A stretch of DNA of 62,891 bases, the filler included, from Cercozoa sp. M6MM (lineage: Eukaryota; Protista; Endomyxa: Ascetosporea): NCBI GenBank assembly GCA_040357565.1. It is 11 parts of 11 records of this genome, joined end to end, with 100 filler letters (N's around TTAATTAATTAA, not from the genome) between each part and the next. Parts side by side here need not be neighbours in the genome. Positions count along the whole stretch, not along the records: positions 56,307 to 59,562 come from JBDODJ010001535.1; positions 59,663 to 62,891 come from JBDODJ010001551.1; 9 more parts are not named here. One strand, given 5' to 3'. Below the pieces are notes generated by a model. The model was given only the letters and a program-made list of their open reading frames with translations, had not been told where the DNA came from and ran no database searches. Position 1 is the stretch's first letter; every line of letters starts with the position of its first letter. Positions 57,339-62,891 of this stretch are shown one piece after another. The translations under genes and the position numbers were made by a program.

Positions 57339-57945
57339 ATGGGTTTCATTAAGCGCTTAGTGGAACGGCTTTCCTCCAGGGCCTCGCGTGTCGCGAATCC
57401 TGTATTCTGCAATCAATCTCTGTGCAGTTCTGTTGGTTGTTGACCTGGCTAACACGCGCTCAGGATTGGGTCAACGAGGCCGGCGTAAATGCGTCGCGCG
57501 TTGTACGGTGCCTCTAAGCATTTGCGAGCTGCGCATCGTGTTTCTTAGGTCGGCAAAGACGAAATCGGTAACGTGTTTTTCGAAGCGAATATCTCGGGCG
57601 TCTGGCGTCGTCTGGTATTCGCCGCTTTCCGCGCGGACGATCGGTGATGGTGAAACGGTGTGAAAACAGGTAAAAGGTCGGCACGAGAGCATTGCAACAC
57701 CGCAGGTGCACCCTCTGTGGAATAACTGGCTCCAGCGCAAGGGACCAGCGCCAACTGCCGAGCAGATCGCTCGTTATGATCGGCAAGAACAAACACGTTT
57801 CGCTCGCGGTCGCCGTAGCTTCTGTTTTTCTGCTTTTTCTTTTTCTGATGTGATCTTGGATGTCTGGGCAGAGTGGGAACGTGAGCAACGCGAGTTGGAC
57901 GAAAAGCACGGCTTCTTGACGGATTCAACCCGTTTCGTACGTTGA
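57339..57945 (+). CDS. NDUFA12/NDUFAF2 family (complex I B17.2-like)
   Basis: VGKDEIGNVFFE...WRR|...QVHPLWNNWLQ...APT matches the VGxDxxGNxYYE / PxWxxWL pattern. Confidence 0.8.
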
Positions 57946-57976
57946 CGGATTCTGCTTCTGCCTGTCATTGCTCTGG

Positions 57977-59040
57977 TCAATCTTGTATCACAGACGGAAG
58001 CGAAAGACGCGTCGTTTTCTCAAGCGCCGATTGGCGTGGCTGAAACAATGAGTGCGCTGCTGCAGCAGCAGAAGAAACAGCAGGCGCAAGCCGATGCCGA
58101 AACAGAGACCAAAACTGCCGGAGACGAAGAACGGAGAAAACCAGGACCAGAGTGATTGCATTCTCCAGTGTTTTGTGATTTAAATCAATAGCCGTCGTCA
58201 AAGCTACAGTAGACGAGAAACAGGAAGGACCGAGAAACAGTAAATTAGAATTCAGCACTTACTCTGTCACGTGGTCTCGGACGGCCTGGTGATCTCGGCT
58301 GCGAACTGCCGGCCTGCCAGAACCAAAACCACCAAACCAGTACTAGTGCCAGGTCACCATGGTGAGTCAGTGAATAACGCAGCTGTGCTTACAGCAGCAT
58401 CGCACAGCATGAAGAGGAGATGAGTTGCAACGCACCGCTCTCGTGCAGCATCGTGTTAAGGTGGACGTCGTGCCGCAGTTCTTCCAGTCGCAGGTGGATT
58501 GAGTGCAGGTAGCTGCGCAATGGGGAATGAGGTGGAGAAGGGAGGTGTACTATGGGGATACTGGGAGAAGAAATAGGCGCCGCAGCTGAATGCATGGTGC
58601 GAATGCATGGTGCGGTACCACGCAAAGGCGATGCTAGTGATCACGGCAGCAGCCAGGAAAAGGAATGGGGACAATGCTGCTGTTGTGTGTTTCGGCATCA
58701 GCAGTTCAATGGCGCTAGTGTGGGGTATCGGGAGCGAAGGACAGAGTGCGTGAGTGCGTGTCAAAAAAAGGAGGGGAGTGACACGGCGAGACCTGGGGCA
58801 GTGTGAGCCAGGTGCCATGCGCGCCGGGTGCTGTGGCAAGCCATCGACACACCCGACTATCACCGCAAACAGTGAGTAACAGAAATGACAGTCACGAAGG
58901 ACTGCTAATCTTTGTTACAAGATTAAGAACAGAAACTACATTTGATCATAGCCAAGAGGCCCACGATCGAGTATGCCTGTAATGAGGGCGTAGCATACGA
59001 CATCAATGATTATTGTCGAGGTCTACGATTAATTCGTCAT
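57977..59040 (-). CDS. Hypothetical membrane protein
   Basis: Minus-strand exons with hydrophobic segments (LSPFLFLAAAVITSIAFAWY; AITLVLVFSVL). The start is uncertain. Confidence 0.45.
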
Positions 59041-59222
59041 GGGCTAATTAAAGCCCAATCAAGCCGCCATGGCGATGCCTCAGATGCTTAGTACGCGACC
59101 AAAGCACAGAGAGTGCACACATTGGGGTGCTAGTGGAACGAGCTCGTATGGATTGATCGAAACTGATTTCTTTTTCAGCTCGTTCCTATTTTTGTGAATG
59201 TGCAACGATCACATCAAGCTAG

Positions 59223-59546
59223 TCATTCGTTCTTCTTGTGGTGCTCGAGGAGTGCTTGCTTCTCGTGCGAGGCGGCGGCAGGAGGCGAGGCGGCGACCTT
59301 CCACTCGTGCGACTCGTACCGATGCAGACGTCGCAGCAGCGGCACGATCACCAGCACGAACCCTGTGTCACACGGACCGTACACATAGACGGTACAATAT
59401 AAACCGTACAGTATGGACCGTACAGATGGACCGTACAAATTTATAAAAGATAAAAAGAGTACATGCGATGCCGAATACGACCGAGGCGGCGTTGACTGCA
59501 AAAAAACCGTCGCGCGGACTGCACTTGGCATCCTCTTCGTCGCACC
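59223..59546 (-). CDS. SLC33A1: Acetyl-CoA transporter AT-1 family, last exons
   Basis: C...KC...DGFFAVNAASVVFGIA|WFVLVIVPLLRRLHRYESHEWKV resembles the AT-1 C-terminus (DGYY...G..W.....+.L.......W). Confidence 0.65.
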   Translation of the reverse strand, partial: GATKRMPSAVRATVFLQSTPPRSYSASHVLFLSFINLYGPSVRSILYGLYCTVYVYGPCDTGFVLVIVPLLRRLHRYESHEWKVAASPPAAASHEKQALLEHHKKNE

Positions 59547-59662
59547 TGGGGAGGGGGGGGGGNNNNNNNNNNNNNNNNNNNNNNNNNNNNNNNNNNNNNN
59601 NNNNNNTTAATTAATTAANNNNNNNNNNNNNNNNNNNNNNNNNNNNNNNNNNNNNNNNNNNN

Positions 59663-60332
59663 CAGGCAAGTCGCGCGCCATGGCTCTCATTCTCACAGGA
59701 CGCAACTTTACGGCACAGGAGGTCGCTTCTTGCCCCCCTCCCCTACCATATACCCCTTACCCCTTACCCCCTTACCCCTTACCCCTTACCCTTACCCCTT
59801 ACCCTTACCCCTTACCCTTACCCCTTACCCTCACCCGTGTTTAGGCAGTCGAAATGGGTCTGGCACTAAAGACGGTCCCGAAAGAAAAACTGCTGAATGA
59901 GGTGTGTGACTCCCCTTTCATTCGTAGTCCTACCCCCCTACCCCTACCCTACCCCTACCCTACCCTACCCCTACCCTACCCTACCCCTACCTCCCCCCTA
60001 CCCCTACCCTACCACCCTACCCTACCCCTACCCCTAGCCTACCTCCTACCCTCCTACCCCGCCGATGAAGTAGGCCAAGGCTCTGGCGCATGAGGTGGCG
60101 GCCATGTCGAAACCGGTGCTGCGCATGGCCAAGGAGGCCGTGTTGGGCGCCTACGAAGGTCCCCTGACACAGCAGATGCAGCTGGAACGCCGCCTGTGGC
60201 ACTCCACCTTTGCGCTGGCCGATCAGAAGGAAGGCATGCAGGTACACATGTCTCCCCTTCCTCGCCCTTCCCTTCATCTGGTCTGTGTAGGCCTTTGTGA
60301 ACAAGCGGCGTCCGGAGTGGCAGCACAAGTGA
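59663..60332 (+). CDS. ECHS1: Enoyl-CoA hydratase (crotonase family), 3' part
   Basis: GKSRAMALILTGRNFTAQE|AVEMGL...|...MAKEAV...ERRLWHSTFALADQKEGM|AFVNKRRPEW*. Confidence 0.88.
59732..60060 (+). repeat. Two intronic telomere-like arrays: (CCCCTTA/CCCTTA)n at about 59751-59836 and (CCCTA/CCCCTA)n at about 59928-60060
   Basis: Read directly, in consecutive ECHS1 introns. Confidence 0.92.
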
Positions 60333-61201
60333 CACTTTACTGCAGAGTATCAAGCCTAGTCGAGTACCCCCAAGAACATAGGTTTCGTATTTACGGCGTA
60401 ACTACACCTTAATTGCGGTGCTCAGAGTATAGTGCAATTACTCAGTAATATTGATTACTGTTCGGTAATTACGGAGTGAAATTGCAGTACAGTAAACAGG
60501 CAGCACTATTGAGAAATTTCGTGCTTTTACGTTAGGTTTAGTTCTTATCTGAGTTGTTGTATTGTAGTTTCGTTCACAATCAAAAATAGACCGACGGGGG
60601 AAGAAACCCGGGCGCCCTTTCTTTGGTGTGCTTGTAGTTTCAGTTTACAACAACATCCACGCTACAGCGTCTCCCGACAGCAAACACGAACGACAGCCAT
60701 TGTGCTGATCTAGCGCGTCGCTGTTGAAGATTGTGCGATGATGTACTGTCCTCTTTGCTGTGTTGCATTCTATGTCCTTGTTGGAACGCTGGGTTGTGGA
60801 CATAAAGCACAAGCGCGACACTCCGAATTTGATTCCGCAAGTCTCGAAACGTCACAAGTGCCAGCCTTCATCTGCTCTTGTCCACAGCGACCTCCAAGCC
60901 GGACGTACCCGTGCATCCCGAGCGCCGGTCCCCGTGTTTGACATCTAAGTTTTAAGTTACTCGCATGTATCGGGAAACACAAGAAACGTGTTACCAGAAC
61001 TCTAGCAACCACAAGGCGCCTAGGGTAAATTTACGGTCCTACTTTTGGGCTCTGCGTGCTGTGAGCTGGTGAACATGGCCGTGCACAAAACTTGGGTCCG
61101 AACGGTCGGGGCAGAAAAAAGTGGCTTCCACGTGGCGGAAGACTGTCCTCCCCTATAGCTATTTATTTGGCATATATTGTGCTGCTAGCGACGCCACGCC
61201 C

Positions 61202-61868
61202 ATGCCAGAGACGCCAGAAAAGGGTAAGGCGTTTGCGTTGTTTGTGTTTGTGGTTTTGCGATTTTTGGTGATTGTTCAGAGTCCCCAAAGCGGGAAGAAT
61301 GGCTTCAAAAAGGAAAGCTGCTACTCTTCGGAGGCATCGTGGTCGCCGGAGCTGGTGCTGCGTGCGTGCGGCTGTTTGGTATTGCTTCAGTCCCCCTCCC
61401 GCCTATCCTTATCTCTGTTGGTTTAGCTGGCACGTCGCTCGCCGAGTTGTCGCGCACGCGCGCGTTGGAGAACTGTAAATTCACACTCGTGTGCTGTTTT
61501 CGTGGGGATTTTCGCGTGTTGATGCATATCGTGCAGCTCTCCGGCCACTCAAGAAGGACGTCAATAAGATTCAATCGGACCTCCACACGCTCCGGTCAGA
61601 CATCAAATCGGACATCACCAAGATTCAATCAGACCTCCACATGCTCCGGTCAGACGTCAAACGGCTCGACACCCAAATCACAACTGGCTTCTACGTCTCC
61701 AAGGTCGAGCGGCAGCACGAGCTCGTCCAACTCAAGTCGGAGCTGCAACAATTGTTTTTTGAGCAGAAAATTGATGATGTGCGCCAGCAGGCGCGCGCCG
61801 GCGCGGTCACCCCAGCCACTGGCCAGGCCACAGACGAAAGTGACCCGTCCCACACGAAACCTGAATGA
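61202..61868 (+). CDS. Small protein with a Gly/Ala-rich TM segment and a coiled coil containing a 54-nt internal duplication
   Basis: MPETPEK|...KLLLFGGIVVAGAGAA|...DVNKIQSDLHTLRSDIKS DITKIQSDLHMLRSDVKR...*. Confidence 0.6.
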
Positions 61869-62327
61869 AGTTAGTTACTACTATTTGACGTCAGCAAGTA
61901 AACTGAGTTGGCTCGTTTTTTAATGAAACCAACTGAGTAGTTTCCGTGCACCAAAGCTGCCGAGTAGAGCGATAAGAAGAACCGTTGGGGTTACTCACTC
62001 TTTCAAACTGACACTTGGCCACTCTTCCTCCAAGAACAGACTTTATTACGTTCCTTAGTTTTTTTTTGTATCACTGGCAAAGTACCCTTAATTTACCAAT
62101 ATCTGAGAGGCTGCGGTAACAAAACTCCGATTTTTTGCTGAAAAAGCTAAAACGAAATGATTGCACTTTTTGGAAGCTCAAAATCTTTCTTTTCTGTTTT
62201 GTGACGGACGTGAAAAACAACCGAGCGAACCGAACACGAACTTGACCGGTCAATCGCGCCGGAAATTACGGTACGTACTCGTGCGGTGCAGTACGGCAGG
62301 CGAGACAAGGGGAGAGCGCCGTGATAG

Positions 62328-62733
62328 CTTACGACTGCACGAAAGAGCCGACGTCCTCGGCGACATTTCCGACTTCGGCCTCGACCTCGCGCTGCAGAGA
62401 AAACACAAGGTACTGACTGGACCAGGATTGGAAGGGGACAAACGCACCTCGAACTGCGCCGACGCGATCTCTTCAGCAACCTCGTCGAGTGCCTGCGGGG
62501 GGGGGGGGGGGGTCAGATGGGAGGCAGGGAGTATGAAGGTCCGGTGTAAAACTGATCTCTCTACCTCATCGACACCGGCCTCGACAAAGTCAGCGACAGA
62601 CTCCATGCGCTAGTTGCATTAACAATAGTATATATACACAGTGAGCAAATACAGAAAATAGCACTACTTCGGTCGAATCGCGCTGGCGCATGTGGTTCGC
62701 GAACGCCACCTCGGGGTCCTCATTGGCTTCCTC
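62328..62733 (-). CDS. Hypothetical acidic protein, last four exons
   Basis: EEANEDPEVAFANHMRQRDSTE|RMESVADFVEAGVDE|ALDEVAEEIASAQFE|REVEAEVGNVAEDVGSFVQS*, all with GT-AG introns. Confidence 0.55.
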
Positions 62734-62842
62734 CTGCAGACAGCACCTCATTGTATAACTCTATATATATATAATACATATACATTATACATATATAGAT
62801 ATATCTATATTATAATCTATATATGTATAACTCTGTATATAT

Positions 62843-62891
<49 letters not shown>

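Noticed and set aside
59732-60060. True chromosome end or telomere
   Set aside because: The arrays are bounded by GT...AG and by in-frame ECHS1 exons on both sides.
60640-61012. Small ORFs between ECHS1 and the coiled-coil gene
   Set aside because: No motif or consistent spliced frame could be supported.

Overview
This is intron-rich, gene-dense eukaryotic (protist-like) genomic DNA, and it is not one contiguous locus. About 11 short contigs are joined by artificial 100-nt linkers (N-run, TTAATTAATTAA, N-run), with four further N100 scaffold gaps. Almost every break falls in a (CA)n or poly-G/C tract. Manual splicing with GT-AG introns and the standard code recovers these recognisable genes: P5A-ATPase, HGD, inositol 5-phosphatase, katanin p80-like, TBCA, a TBC Rab-GAP, a PKG-like kinase, a multi-PSI protein, an NT-C2 protein, TFIIIC102/GTF3C3, POLR3C, MON1, a WNK kinase, a nucleoside hydrolase, NDUFA12-like, SLC33A1 and an enoyl-CoA hydratase. 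There are also several orphan genes and an uninterrupted Ty3/Gypsy pol with PPT and 3' LTR. Three observations stand out. (1) A putative 4-TM receptor has two chemoreceptor-like TM-helical ectodomain-TM modules fused to an RGS domain. (2) A single-chain cyclic-nucleotide kinase carries an extra CNB domain ahead of its pseudosubstrate, cAMP-type cassettes and a 1-nt frameshift in the Gly loop. (3) The introns are unusual: irregular telomere-like TA(A)G3-6 arrays consistently C-rich on the sense strand, intron-private minisatellites, sense-biased (TG)n, and frequent GTAC donors. All family assignments come from motif recognition by eye, no searches were run, and exon boundaries are approximate.
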